Shown in pieces: positions 40,143 through 51,331 of a stretch of 64,000 nt of DNA (position 1 is its first letter; every line of letters begins with the position of its first letter). Position numbers and translations under genes: made by a program. The notes beneath the pieces were generated by a model. The model was not told where the DNA came from. It saw nothing but the letters and a program-made list of their open reading frames with translations, and made no database searches. This DNA comes from Promethearchaeia archaeon. Lineage in GTDB: Archaea; Asgardarchaeota; Lokiarchaeia; Sigyniarchaeales; SOKP01. The DNA lies in NCBI GenBank assembly GCA_029856155.1, contig JAHQWL010000070.1, positions 1-64,000 on the forward strand, in the 5' to 3' direction.

Positions 40143-41870
40143 ATGTCGACAAAATTAGGAGAGGAAGACGGTTTACGAAAAAAAGTGTGGAAAATTATCA
40201 ATTTAATACAAGCGAACCAATTATTTGTACACTATAAAGATTTGAGCATCAAATTCTTACCTGAAAAGAGTAAAAAAGTAAATACAAAATTATTACCTGA
40301 AATATTATCATTATGCATCCTTAATGCTATAGTTCCCAACTCCGCTATGTTATTGATTGGAGGACACGGAGGGGGTAAAACAACTCTTGTAAAGCTTCTA
40401 GGTAGGATGTTCACAGCAAATTCACTTAGCAATATTGAAAATTCAATCATCAGAGGGCATCCTCAACTGACTGAAGAGAAATTAATTGGTACATTAAAGT
40501 TAGGAAAATTAATGAAAGAAGGTGAAGAAGTGGTAGTATGGAGACAATTTGTTACAAATTTTTGGAAAATTATTGACGAGGTGAATCGGCTAACTCCATA
40601 TGCTCAAGACATCTTATTATCTTTGCTTGCTGAGGGAACAGTTAAATACTACGACTCGATAGCAACTATTAATAAATTTTGTCTATTTGCAACGATTAAT
40701 CCTCATGATGTTGGAACTTTTGAACTATCTCAACCATTTTTAGATAGATTTGGAATTTCAGTTCCAATATCAATGCCGAGCAGTCATGATTTACAACTTA
40801 TCTTAACAGGAAAAGATGAGAAATATTCGGGGATGGATGAATTAATTCAAGTTCCCGAAATATTAACTATTGATGAATTGATGGAAATTTGGTATTACGT
40901 GAATAGAGTCTCATTCACTCCTGAAGTTAATAATTATATCCACGCTATAATAAGAGAATTTACACTTTGTTCAAGAGTAGACAAGGGTAATACTGAAGAC
41001 ATAAAACCTAGCACTGGATTATGTTCAGGCTGTCATTTCAATACAGCTCAAAATATCTGTAACAAAATTGATTCGATTCTAAGTGTAAGGGTTGCTAAAG
41101 ATCTTTTAAGGTATTCTAAAGCTTTAGCATGGTTATTGGGAATAGATAAGATCGATGTTAATATTGTAAACACTATAGCACCATATGTAATTTCACATAG
41201 AACAATTTATGTAAAAAGGGAAATAGATAAGTCTCCGTATTTTGGAAATAAGTATGAGTTTTCTAAGAATATTTTAACAACAGTTCAAAAAAGGTTTAAA
41301 AATCGTGAAATCTGCTATGAAATTGCTGATAGATTTCGAGGAGGAAATCCTAATGAAAATGATTTAGCAGAGTTAAAAAAGTTTGAAAAGAATGATTTAA
41401 TTGTACAATACGATTTAATCCCGTTTGTAACTTCTGTTAATAACAAGGAATATTCTCCGATTGCCCAACAAATACAACAAGTTGTAAAAAAAGGAGATAT
41501 TAATAAGTTAGCTGAAATAAGAAATAATCTTTTAGAAGAAATCAATTTCCCAAATAGAGGAGACTTAATTGAATGGTGTAATCGAGAACTTTTTAGGCAA
41601 ACAGTTACCGATTATGTTATTAAATATTCTTATTGGAAAGAAGTATGGGCAGATATCGCGGCTGAATTCTCTAATTTAGATCAACCATTGAAGGAAGCGT
41701 TTAGTCAAAGACAAACTAAACAAATTCGTACAGAGGATATGCTAATTGAAATTAATGTGACAGGGACTAAAGAAGACTCGTTAGTAAATATTCAAATTTC
41801 TGGTGGATCTGAAGCTTTAAGACTAAAAACAATTTTAGATAATTTTGAATACATGCTAAAGGAAGAATAG
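40143..41870 (+). CDS. MoxR-like AAA+ ATPase with long C-terminal extension
   Basis: GGHGGGKTT, IIDEVNR, ATINP, FLDRF; internal CSGC...C. Confidence 0.88.
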   Translation: MSTKLGEEDGLRKKVWKIINLIQANQLFVHYKDLSIKFLPEKSKKVNTKLLPEILSLCILNAIVPNSAMLLIGGHGGGKTTLVKLLGRMFTANSLSNIENSIIRGHPQLTEEKLIGTLKLGKLMKEGEEVVVWRQFVTNFWKIIDEVNRLTPYAQDILLSLLAEGTVKYYDSIATINKFCLFATINPHDVGTFELSQPFLDRFGISVPISMPSSHDLQLILTGKDEKYSGMDELIQVPEILTIDELMEIWYYVNRVSFTPEVNNYIHAIIREFTLCSRVDKGNTEDIKPSTGLCSGCHFNTAQNICNKIDSILSVRVAKDLLRYSKALAWLLGIDKIDVNIVNTIAPYVISHRTIYVKREIDKSPYFGNKYEFSKNILTTVQKRFKNREICYEIADRFRGGNPNENDLAELKKFEKNDLIVQYDLIPFVTSVNNKEYSPIAQQIQQVVKKGDINKLAEIRNNLLEEINFPNRGDLIEWCNRELFRQTVTDYVIKYSYWKEVWADIAAEFSNLDQPLKEAFSQRQTKQIRTEDMLIEINVTGTKEDSLVNIQISGGSEALRLKTILDNFEYMLKEE

Positions 41871-41887
41871 ATAAATTTAACGGTAAG

Positions 41888-43606
41888 ATGATTCAATCTA
41901 GAAGAAGAAAAGGTAAAAAAATAAATAAAGAGCTCACAGAAAAGGAAAAGAAAACAATAGAGTTAGCTAATGTTGCATGGAGTAAGACGTTAAAGGAATT
42001 TTATTATCCTCCATTAAACGATCCTAATTATGTATTTGATTACACGCACTTAGAGGGTTTTTATATCGATCCTGAACACCGATGGCAAATAACAATGAAT
42101 CTAGCTAACACACCATTATTTAAAGATGATCAAGAATATATTAACTATTTTTACATCATCTCTCTTCATGAAGTATCTCATTATCAAATCATTCCTTACG
42201 ATGGTCTGACTCACGCTAAATTATTAAGAGCCGCTATGACCCATGTGAATCAAAATTATGCTCCTATTGTTGTAAATATTTTTGCTGATTTGGTTATTGA
42301 CACTAAATTATACCAGAAATATTCTAATCTCATTGAATGGGAAATGGCTGAAACCTATAAACATATCACAAATAAAGGCCCAGTAAGTAATTTTAGTAAA
42401 TTTTTATTTCGAGCCTATGAAAAAATGTGGGATAAAGATGTTATAGGTGATGAGAAGCTTAAGGAGATGGATTCCTTAGCAGATAGGGTAACTAAAATAA
42501 TTCTCAAAAATTTCGAGGATGAATCAACGTGGGAAAAGAAGGTATCTCAAGTTGCGTTATCTTTGAAAATGTTAATCCAAGATACATTTGCCTTAATAGG
42601 AACTGGAGGTGTTGTAGATAAAAACAAGGAAAAGAGAAAAAGTCCCGGAGGAGCATTTTTAGAAGTTCCAAAAGATGTGCTAGAAGTAATGGATAATCCG
42701 TTAGAAAATAAAAATGCAGACAAATTAAAAGAAGGGAATGAAGATAATTTACGACAAAAATCAGAAGAATTTGCTAAAGATATCCCATATTCTGAATTTG
42801 GTGGACCTGCGCGTCAAGCTGGAATTTTGATTGATGGAAATGCTTTAGCTACTTGGTATAGAGGGCTAGCAAGAAATCTAATAGAAATAAAAATTTTTGA
42901 AGAAAAACCAGGAGGGCAATTACCAGTTTATCCAGAAGTTTGGCGTATTGGAGATAGAATAGAAGATTTAGATATAGTTCAGAGTTTATTAAATAGTCCC
43001 GTAATGATTCCTAATATCACTACAAGAAAATGGGCATATAAAGAAGGACCAGGTCATTTGGTTGATAAACAAATCCCTGATCTTCTAATTGTTTTAGATT
43101 CTTCGGGTTCTATGGGTTGGAACTATACTTCAAGATCAACTCGTGGTAAGGGGCCATATCACACAGCTTTAGTAGCGGCATTTGCCTCTTTACATTGTGC
43201 TGCAAGTAAGGGTGCTAAATTTAGTATAATTAATTTCTCAAATAGAGCAGATATATGCCAATGGACATCCGATTATAATAAAGCCGAGAACGTGCTGTTG
43301 AGGTATCAGGGGGGAGGAACCTTTTTACCAATTAGAGAAATTGCAAATCAATGTGAAAAAGCAGAAAAAAAGGCTCTTGTTTTTATCATCACCGATTTTG
43401 GCATCTATAATTGGAGTAAAACAAAAAAAATAATGATTGAGTTAGCTCAAAAAGGACATAAAATTGTTGGATTTTTCATAGGTTCTACTAAGATACCTAA
43501 AGACAAATTTAAAAACCTTCTAAATAATGTAACCTTTTACGGGATAGGAAATGCTAAAGATTTAATTAGTTTGGTTATAACTGAAGTCAAAAAATATTAT
43601 TTATAG
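41888..43606 (+). CDS. VWA-domain protein with N-terminal HExxH metallopeptidase-like region
   Basis: LHEVSHY; MIDAS DSSGS, GGT, ITD. Confidence 0.85.
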   Translation: MIQSRRRKGKKINKELTEKEKKTIELANVAWSKTLKEFYYPPLNDPNYVFDYTHLEGFYIDPEHRWQITMNLANTPLFKDDQEYINYFYIISLHEVSHYQIIPYDGLTHAKLLRAAMTHVNQNYAPIVVNIFADLVIDTKLYQKYSNLIEWEMAETYKHITNKGPVSNFSKFLFRAYEKMWDKDVIGDEKLKEMDSLADRVTKIILKNFEDESTWEKKVSQVALSLKMLIQDTFALIGTGGVVDKNKEKRKSPGGAFLEVPKDVLEVMDNPLENKNADKLKEGNEDNLRQKSEEFAKDIPYSEFGGPARQAGILIDGNALATWYRGLARNLIEIKIFEEKPGGQLPVYPEVWRIGDRIEDLDIVQSLLNSPVMIPNITTRKWAYKEGPGHLVDKQIPDLLIVLDSSGSMGWNYTSRSTRGKGPYHTALVAAFASLHCAASKGAKFSIINFSNRADICQWTSDYNKAENVLLRYQGGGTFLPIREIANQCEKAEKKALVFIITDFGIYNWSKTKKIMIELAQKGHKIVGFFIGSTKIPKDKFKNLLNNVTFYGIGNAKDLISLVITEVKKYYL

Positions 43607-43790
43607 TTCATTTTTTTTACTTAAAGATACTTAATCAATTTCTTTGAGTTTTTTTTTTCTCCTATGAAGTCTTCAAACTAAGTACCTTTATAAACAGGAG
43701 GATTAATTCTACTTATAATCTATTGACTGACCAAGAAAAAGTTCATTTAGATTTGGAGGAAAAAGTTGCAAATGCATAAGTAGTAATGTA

Positions 43791-44282
43791 TTACCTTGAA
43801 TCAGGTTTGTTAATTTCCCGTAAATACAATTTCATAAAATATCTTTGACTTTGACAATACATTAGTTTATCTCTTTGTGTTAAATGCTTGCATTTTTGTA
43901 ATACCCTCTGGATATCTGTAAGTAGTTTGAAACTATCATATTTTGCCTTTTGTGGGAAAATTTCTACTCTATTTTTTATATCATTATTTACCTTAATTTC
44001 AAAAAACAAATTCTTAAGATTTAAAACGGGTTCTGAATTTTCTAATCTTAAATCTGTCAATACTTCTATTTCCTCTTCAAGATTTATTGAATTATCACTA
44101 ATGGAATTACCAGAATTATATTCAATAAATATATCGCATATTCCTTTATGTCTATATCTACAATCTTGGCAATCATAAGAACAAGGAGAATATTTGACTC
44201 GACAAATGTTTTGGATTTTTTTAAGAACATTTTCCGATTCTTGCATATTTGAACTCATCATTTTCATTACTCTTGCATTCAA
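43791..44282 (-). CDS. Hypothetical Cys-rich protein
   Basis: C-x6-C-x3-C-x2-C-x7-C cluster near the N-terminus. Confidence 0.55.
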   Translation of the reverse strand: MNARVMKMMSSNMQESENVLKKIQNICRVKYSPCSYDCQDCRYRHKGICDIFIEYNSGNSISDNSINLEEEIEVLTDLRLENSEPVLNLKNLFFEIKVNNDIKNRVEIFPQKAKYDSFKLLTDIQRVLQKCKHLTQRDKLMYCQSQRYFMKLYLREINKPDSR

Positions 44283-44483
44283 TTTTATGTAATTCTTCTA
44301 ATATTTTTCTTAGACTTTTCTGGTAATAGCAGAGAGATATGTAGATATATATTAAAAACATATGGTTTGGTCTTTTGAAACTAAGCAATATCTAGGTAAC
44401 ATCTTCATTTAGTTTAGAAATATAAATTAATAAAAATTCAAAAAAATTCAAAAAAATGATAGAATCTTCTTTGATTTCAATGA

Positions 44484-45014
44484 TTAAAGTACGGAAAGAA
44501 GACTATCAATATCAAGCCAACCTTTTAAGGCGTGAATAATTGTTCCTTGTTCATCAATAACAAATTGTCCAGGTCCTTGTTTTTCCCATCCTTCATATTC
44601 TCCATGTTTTATACCTAATTTTGTAGCTTCTTTCAATTTAGATCTCACTTTAGTGAACGCTTCTGCTGTCATTAATCCTAATCCATATTCTGAATATAAT
44701 TCATCTTTTGAGCTTGGAATAACTGGAAAATCAATTTTTTCTTTTTCTATAAATTCTTTAGCTACTTTTTCACCTGATTGCGTGATATACAAAATTTTTC
44801 CTCCTTTCTCTTTGATTGCATTTTTATTTTCAAGAAGAGTTTTTAAATCCAACTGACATAGAGGGCAACCAAAATATCTTGAAAAAATCAAGACGATTTT
44901 TTGATCTCCAATTAATTCTGCCAAATTAATAGTTCCTGCGTTATATGATTCTATTGTAAATAATGGAGCTTTATCTCCTTCATTTATATCTTTTTTTCCC
45001 ATAATTTCCCACAT
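44484..45014 (-). CDS. Peroxiredoxin-like redoxin (AhpC/TSA, PRXL2-like)
   Basis: GDKAPLF, RYFGCPLC, Q.PGQFVID. Confidence 0.85.
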   Translation of the reverse strand: MWEIMGKKDINEGDKAPLFTIESYNAGTINLAELIGDQKIVLIFSRYFGCPLCQLDLKTLLENKNAIKEKGGKILYITQSGEKVAKEFIEKEKIDFPVIPSSKDELYSEYGLGLMTAEAFTKVRSKLKEATKLGIKHGEYEGWEKQGPGQFVIDEQGTIIHALKGWLDIDSLLSVL

Positions 45015-45084
45015 TACGTTAGTTATTTGATATTTAAATTAATATTTTTATAAAAAATTTATTAAAATTTTCTTCTTTTCTATA

Positions 45085-45873
45085 CTAATCATATCTTTCT
45101 TCAACAGACATCAAAACAAACCCTAGCAAAATTGGAGTTAGCGAAAGCAAAAATAAAAAATACCAGATAAAGTATAAATATACTACATCTTGAAAATGCC
45201 AAGGAGCCCATCCATGATAAGATACCATAAGAACAAAAAATCCAAGTCCTACTAATTTTGGCCCTGTCTCTTTTGCTTTATACCCATAGTATACGAAAAT
45301 ATACGCCATAGTAAAGCAAATGGGAATCCAAATCGTATGAAGAAAAAGATACATAGTTACTTCAATTGGATTTCCTGAAGGAATTATAAATAACCCAATG
45401 ATTAACAATAGAAATCCAATAATAAGCACCGAAACACTAGGAATTTGCTGTTTTTTTTTATTTTCAGTTAAAATTAATAAAATTCCATATAATATTCCCG
45501 CAGAAAAGCATGGCATGCCCCATCTCCATGCAAAAAAATGGAAGGTAGACAAATTCTCATTAGCATTTGGAAATCCTAAAGCTCTAAAGATATGGGCTAC
45601 AAATGTAATGCTATATATGAAAAAAGATATACTCCAAATCAATAAAGAAGTATTTTTTCTTTTAGTTTTAATCCACCTTAATAATAGATATCCTCCTATA
45701 GTCCACAATAATATGGTGCTATTCAAACCAAGGCCGAATAAGAAGAAATTTAATTTTAATACAAGTACTGGTGCACCATGAGGAAGAACGATTAATACAT
45801 AAGCAGAAATAATTGAAATAATAATGATTCCCACTATATAAATGAAGTGAGTCTTTTCCAAATTAATTACCAT
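45085..45873 (-). CDS. Multi-pass (7-8 TM) membrane protein
   Basis: Hydrophobic helices throughout; start overlaps the stop of the upstream gene. Confidence 0.75.
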   Translation of the reverse strand: MVINLEKTHFIYIVGIIIISIISAYVLIVLPHGAPVLVLKLNFFLFGLGLNSTILLWTIGGYLLLRWIKTKRKNTSLLIWSISFFIYSITFVAHIFRALGFPNANENLSTFHFFAWRWGMPCFSAGILYGILLILTENKKKQQIPSVSVLIIGFLLLIIGLFIIPSGNPIEVTMYLFLHTIWIPICFTMAYIFVYYGYKAKETGPKLVGLGFFVLMVSYHGWAPWHFQDVVYLYFIWYFLFLLSLTPILLGFVLMSVEERYD

Positions 45874-46361
45874 TTAAATTTCTTAAATTTTTTAATTATT
45901 TTTTCATCATCGATTTTTTCTTTTAACCTTTCTCCTAAGCTATCATAAAATTCCAGAAGTATTTCATATAATTCTGTTACTTTTTCATCAATCTCTGGAT
46001 CATTCTCTTTTAGATACCCTTTAGTATAGAAAGCTTTATATAAGTTCACTATTGACATTATCTTATTAGAATAATCTTTCATTATATCGTAAAGTAATTC
46101 ATTCCTGAAATTTTTATCAGTAATTACTGAAAGCATTAACATTTCTTTATTACCACGAGCCCAACAAGAAGTAATTTCAAAGTACAAGTTTGTTATCTTT
46201 AAATCTTCCTCGATTAATGAAACTTCGAAGAATTTATCTGACATATCTAAATCAAAGAAACCTAACATTTTTCTGCCAACTTTCTCTAAAATCGAACCCG
46301 GGTGAGAAAAGTAGATCTCAGGACCAATAACTGTATTAAAATATAATAAAGCTAATTTCAT
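45867..46361 (-). CDS. Longin/uDENN-like domain protein
   Basis: N-terminal YFNTVIGPEI...P motif and ARG..E.LML segment. Confidence 0.55.
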   Translation of the reverse strand: MKLALLYFNTVIGPEIYFSHPGSILEKVGRKMLGFFDLDMSDKFFEVSLIEEDLKITNLYFEITSCWARGNKEMLMLSVITDKNFRNELLYDIMKDYSNKIMSIVNLYKAFYTKGYLKENDPEIDEKVTELYEILLEFYDSLGERLKEKIDDEKIIKKFKKFKW

Positions 46362-46546
46362 TATATCAAATTTCTTTAAACTTGTTATTTCTTTTTTTTT
46401 TTTAAAAGCTTGAGTTAATTTTTATTAATTTGATTTTTTGAATATTTAATTCTTATTATTTTTCAAATACTACTTTTACTATAACTCTTATAATTTTCAT
46501 TAATTACCTTTAAAAAAGAGATTTTATAGAGATCCTAAGAATTTTT

Positions 46547-47191
46547 TTAAAAATTCTGTTTTATCCAATCTCCAAATTTAATCTTTCTAAGTTGTTCTGC
46601 CCATAAAGCCTTTATATTAGGTGTATCGGGAATTAAATTTTCTCTTTTGAGAATTTTATATAAATTTTCGATTGTTTTTTCAATTAAAATTTCGTATAAA
46701 GGAGTTTCCTCATTAGAATCTGCCAATTCTTCTTGAATCTCGATGTATAACTGCTTAATAATAGTTATCAAATTTTCTGCAAACTTAATGATGTATTCTT
46801 CTAATTTCTCGGACTTTTCTATTGATATAATGGGGATGGTTAGTTCATATTTATTATTGGTTAATTCAATTAAATTATACCATTCTAAATTCATAAGATG
46901 ATTCTCAATGGTTTCTTTTGTCCATTGATAAGAAATTTGGCAATCATATTCCTCGTTTGTAATTAATAAAGGTTTAGGAGAAAAATTAATACGTTCATAG
47001 ATCTCTTGAAATGTTTTTGGGTTATCAGCAAGTATTATTAAAATTTCACGTCTAACCTTATTATCTAAGATCCATGGAATTTCGGGATCATCCCACGGTT
47101 TTGATGTGCCAAAATCGAACCATGGTTCGATTTCATCTACATTTATTCTTCCAACAAAACGATAATTATGATATTTTGTATTTTCTCTCAT
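46547..47191 (-). CDS. Hypothetical protein, winged-helix-like
   Basis: RREILIILADNPKTFQEI...IENHLMNLEWYNLI. Confidence 0.55.
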   Translation of the reverse strand: MRENTKYHNYRFVGRINVDEIEPWFDFGTSKPWDDPEIPWILDNKVRREILIILADNPKTFQEIYERINFSPKPLLITNEEYDCQISYQWTKETIENHLMNLEWYNLIELTNNKYELTIPIISIEKSEKLEEYIIKFAENLITIIKQLYIEIQEELADSNEETPLYEILIEKTIENLYKILKRENLIPDTPNIKALWAEQLRKIKFGDWIKQNF

Positions 47192-47236
47192 TTTTAGTTT
47201 CTATTTCCAATTTAATTTATCTTATATATTTTTTAA

Positions 47237-48199
47237 TTATTTTTCTTGAAGCATTGCCTCTATAAGGACTTGAGTAGCCTCTTCCTCAGATAAACCCCTA
47301 GATTGTAGTTCATCAAGCCATTTTTGTGGAAACCTACCTAAGGAAGCTTCATGTGAAACACTTGAAGTTGGATCTATAGCTCTGATAAAAGGACGAGCTC
47401 TACATATAGATCCTTTTCCTAATACAATTTCAGTACACTCTACATGACCGTTGCATCGTGGAGCATTTCCCTCAGTAATCCCATACATTAGTACTTCTCC
47501 ACCATCTTTAGCAGCTGCTTTCATTTTAATTACGCTTCTTGCATTTTCTCCCTCAAGAAAGACAGAATCTCTTATTCTGATTGAATCCTTTTTACATTTT
47601 CCAAATGCTCGTATGTTTGATTTTATAACACTGTTTTTCATTGCATATATATCTAGCAAAATTTTTACTTGTCCAGGAGTCCCTCTTGTTAAGTTAAAAT
47701 TATTTTCAAAAATACTATTTTCTCCAACGTACATATAACCAACTGGTGCAACTAATGCTCCTGAATTTTCACCATGATAATGAGTTTCACTATAAGTAAA
47801 TTTACAATTTTTTCCAATGTAGAAATGACCAAACATTTTGTGAATGAGTCCATTTGCTTTTGGGAAACTACAATGTGCTTGTATAGTTACTTCTGTATTA
47901 TCTTCAGCAATAATTCTAGGAAATATCTCTTGAATTCCTGTCTCTTTATTAACTCCAAAGCATAAATGAACGGGGTCTTCAATTTTTGTTCCTTGTTTAA
48001 TTACAATATCTGCTACAATTCCATTTTCAATCTCTCTACCTTTTAAGATAACGCCCTCTACTTGTTCTAATCCGCTAATCTTATTAAAATCTAATAAAAG
48101 TTTAGCCCCCTTTCCATGTCCCGGTAAAAAATCTCTAATGTCTATATTATAGTCCTCAAGACTTGCTAATATCTCTTCTGGATATTCTGTTCTACTCAT
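47237..48199 (-). CDS. sufB: SufB/SufD-family Fe-S scaffold (SmsB-like)
   Basis: PVHLCFG, AHCSFP, GHVECTEI, VSHEASLG, L.SRGLSEEEA. Confidence 0.9.
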   Translation of the reverse strand: MSRTEYPEEILASLEDYNIDIRDFLPGHGKGAKLLLDFNKISGLEQVEGVILKGREIENGIVADIVIKQGTKIEDPVHLCFGVNKETGIQEIFPRIIAEDNTEVTIQAHCSFPKANGLIHKMFGHFYIGKNCKFTYSETHYHGENSGALVAPVGYMYVGENSIFENNFNLTRGTPGQVKILLDIYAMKNSVIKSNIRAFGKCKKDSIRIRDSVFLEGENARSVIKMKAAAKDGGEVLMYGITEGNAPRCNGHVECTEIVLGKGSICRARPFIRAIDPTSSVSHEASLGRFPQKWLDELQSRGLSEEEATQVLIEAMLQEK

Positions 48200-48981
48200 A
48201 ATCCTTGCTCCTCCCTAAATATTTTATCGATATAATCATCATGCTTCCCATTGAATAATTTTCTTTTGCAAAATTCTTTTAATCCCGCTTTAGCACAATA
48301 TCTTAACATAACTTTCGGAAACACATCTGTTAATATAGCATCACCCCTCCATATAAGAGTTCCATAATCTGCAACCATCCCAATATCTTCTCTGTGGGTA
48401 ATCAATAGGATTGTCATATTCAATCCCTTGATTTTACCAAAAATATGTAGAAAATCTTCAATAACAATGAAATCTAATCCTGAATCAGGCTCATCTAATA
48501 TAACCAACCGAGGTCTCATCGCAATGGTTGCTGCTAACTCTACTCTCTTTCTTTCTCCTCCACTTAAAGATTCATCAATAGTGCGATTCATATATCTATC
48601 AGGCTCTAAGTTTACAATCTCTAAAGCTTCCTGTATTATATCTTTCATATTTGCTTTATCCTTAATACCAAGCGAGATGTATTTAGGAATTGATAATCCG
48701 TCGATTCTTGCTGGTTCTTGCCATGCTAAAGTTATACCTAATTTGGCACGTTCTGTTATACTCATATCTGTAATGTCAATTCCATCAAAATATATTTTTC
48801 CTCCTGAGGGCTTATAATTATTTAATCCCATTATAGTATAAGCTAATGTTGATTTTCCAGATCCATTTGGACCAATAATAGCATGAATTGAACCTTCTTT
48901 AACATCAAATGAGACCTTATTTATTATTACACATTCTTGATCAAATGTAGGTATCGTTAGATCTTTTACTTCCAAAATCAA
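48196..48981 (-). CDS. sufC: SufC-family ATPase (SmsC-like)
   Basis: GPNGSGKSTLAY.IMG, ERAKLGITLAWQEP, LSGGERKR, LDEPDSGLD. Confidence 0.92.
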   Translation of the reverse strand: MILEVKDLTIPTFDQECVIINKVSFDVKEGSIHAIIGPNGSGKSTLAYTIMGLNNYKPSGGKIYFDGIDITDMSITERAKLGITLAWQEPARIDGLSIPKYISLGIKDKANMKDIIQEALEIVNLEPDRYMNRTIDESLSGGERKRVELAATIAMRPRLVILDEPDSGLDFIVIEDFLHIFGKIKGLNMTILLITHREDIGMVADYGTLIWRGDAILTDVFPKVMLRYCAKAGLKEFCKRKLFNGKHDDYIDKIFREEQGL

Positions 48982-49240
48982 TTTGATTCACTCGAAATCT
49001 TTCATTTTAATCTTTATTGAGAATTCAACTAAGATATTAAATTCTTTGTGTAATAAAAATTTAAATTAAAATGCTCTTCATTTCATAGACTCTTCCTTTT
49101 TTAACAATTTTTTTAAAGAAATTTAAAATTTATATATAAAAAGATTTAAAATACTTATTATGGAAATCTATAAAAAATATTTTAGCAAATATTATTCAGA
49201 ATTAGTTCTTATTGCTCTTTTATTCCTGTTCTTTTAACAT

Positions 49241-49674
49241 TTGATTAAAGGAGAACAGACAGCCACGATTGAAGCACAGATTTCAATTGGAGCTCTTACA
49301 TATAATGTCTATGTAACTCATCTTGGAAATTATGAGGATCTGGCGATTGATAGATCTCAAATAATCCAACAAGAACAAATATTAGAAAGAATTGGAGTAA
49401 AAACTAATGTTATTTTGATGGGAGATTTTAATTTTGAACCTTATACTGAACAATATAATATTACGACGGCAGTGCTAGATGATTGTTGGGAAATTGCAAA
49501 TTCAACATTAATAGGGAATATTCCATTAAGTTGGGCCCTCGCCTACCAGCTGAAAGAATCGATCATGTTTTTATTTCACCAGATTTAACAATTTTAAGCG
49601 AAAATATTAAAGTAACCTACTTCGGAGGTACTGTTGCTGACCATCCCGCCTTATTAACTACTATTAGGGTATAA
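49241..49674 (+). pseudogene. Endonuclease/exonuclease/phosphatase C-terminal fragment, frameshifted near 49535
   Basis: VTHL and GDFN in one frame, RIDHVF and DHPA in the next; the N-terminal part of the fold is absent. Confidence 0.8.
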
Positions 49675-49886
49675 CTTATTTTTAAATTCTCTTTTTTTTT
49701 TAAGCTTCTTAGACAAGAATTATCAGTCTTAATATTCCTGAATTAAAGCCGATTATTATTAATACAATTTTAAAATACTATAAATGGAATATAGTAGATA
49801 AATTAAAAAAGACCTTTAATATTATATTCATAGATTCTAATATATTCATAAAATAAAATATATAATGATTATAGAATTTTTAGGAA

Positions 49887-50684
49887 GTGAGAAATATGGT
49901 AAAAAAGGAGTATATTTGTAATAAAGGAAAAAGAAGTACAATAGTAATTGAAGATCTTACTACCGAAATTAAGGAAGGCGCAACTTTTGTTATAGGTTTC
50001 GCGGGAATTGGGCTAATAGGTCCTATTGTGGCTAATACTTTAATTGAACAACTTTCAGATGTAAAAGAAATTGGTTTTGTTACTTCAGAGTATCTGCCAC
50101 CTATCTCAGTATTCTATGCAGGTGTTTTAAAACATCCCTTTCGATTGCTTTATTCTCCACAAAATAACTTGATTATAGGTATATGTGAGGTTCCTTTTCA
50201 AATACCAACTGCCTACAACGATTTAAGTAAAACTTTATGTAATTGGGCTTTATCTGAGGATGTTAAAGCAAAGGAGATAGTGATTTTTCAGGGAATCCCC
50301 CAGAGAGGAATTATTGATGAATACCCTGTTTATTATGCTGCAGAGGAAGCTATGATAGAGCATCTTGAAAAATTCGGAATTGCTAAAGTTGAGAAAGGAA
50401 TCATTGTAGGACCTGAGGCAACTGTTTTAAACGAAGCATTAACGAACAGACTTGATGCTTATGCATTATTTACTCCTGTATTAGAAATACCTACCCCAGA
50501 AGGTGCTGCTAGTATTTTAGAAGTTTTAAATAAGATATATGATTTAAAAATTGACACTACATCTCTTATCGAGCAAGGAAAAGAAATAAAAGCCAAAATG
50601 TTGGAGCTCGCTCAGAAGGCGCAGCAATATCAACAACAACAATTACCCGGAACTGGGAAAGAATACACAGGATATTTCCAATAA
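49887..50684 (+). CDS. PAC2-family proteasome assembly chaperone
   Basis: GFAGIGLIGPI, IG...S..LPP, P.PEGAA.ILEVL, IDT..L.EQ..EI. Confidence 0.88.
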   Translation: MRNMVKKEYICNKGKRSTIVIEDLTTEIKEGATFVIGFAGIGLIGPIVANTLIEQLSDVKEIGFVTSEYLPPISVFYAGVLKHPFRLLYSPQNNLIIGICEVPFQIPTAYNDLSKTLCNWALSEDVKAKEIVIFQGIPQRGIIDEYPVYYAAEEAMIEHLEKFGIAKVEKGIIVGPEATVLNEALTNRLDAYALFTPVLEIPTPEGAASILEVLNKIYDLKIDTTSLIEQGKEIKAKMLELAQKAQQYQQQQLPGTGKEYTGYFQ

Positions 50685-50869
50685 CGTAAATGTATTGTTC
50701 AATTTATATTCAGATTGTCTAATTAATTTTTTCTTTAATTTTTATATTAAATATGTACATATCTTTTGTCTAATATTGATATTCTATAAAAATTACATTT
50801 ATAATTCACCTATATTTAGATAAATTGAATAAATATAACGCTAAAAATTAAAATAGTCTGTAAGGTAAT

Positions 50870-51321
50870 TTGCTATTAAAGAAAAATTTATACCTGTCCA
50901 AATTGATCAGGAGCTTTGTTTAAGGTGTGAACGATGTCTACGAGCATGTCAAGCTAAAGCAATATATTTTGAGCATGGAGTAAGAAAAGTTGATTATACT
51001 AAATGTAGAGCTTGTTTAAACTGTGTTCAAGTATGTCCAAGAAACGCAATAGTGGTAACTTCTATTACACATCCAGATCAAATTATAAGTATTAAGATAG
51101 ACCACGAAAAATGTAATATGTGTGAAAATTGCCTTGATGAAAATGGAAAATTTTGTCCTAAAAACCTTTTTTATAAAGATATCGTGAAAAAAGTAGGAAG
51201 AGAAGAAGAAGGAATAAGATTTAAATTTAAAGAAATATCTAAATGTCAGGGTTGCTTAAAATGCGAATTATCTTGCCCAGAAAGGGCTATAAAACCTGTA
51301 AAATTTGAAGCTGAAATATAA
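50870..51321 (+). CDS. Polyferredoxin (about four [4Fe-4S] motifs); track shows only the C-terminal half
   Basis: In-frame upstream CLRCERCLRAC and CRACLNCVQVCP, plus CNMCENC..CP and CQGCLKCELSCP; TTG at 50870 is one base out of frame. Confidence 0.85.
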
Positions 51322-51331
51322 AATGAAAATT

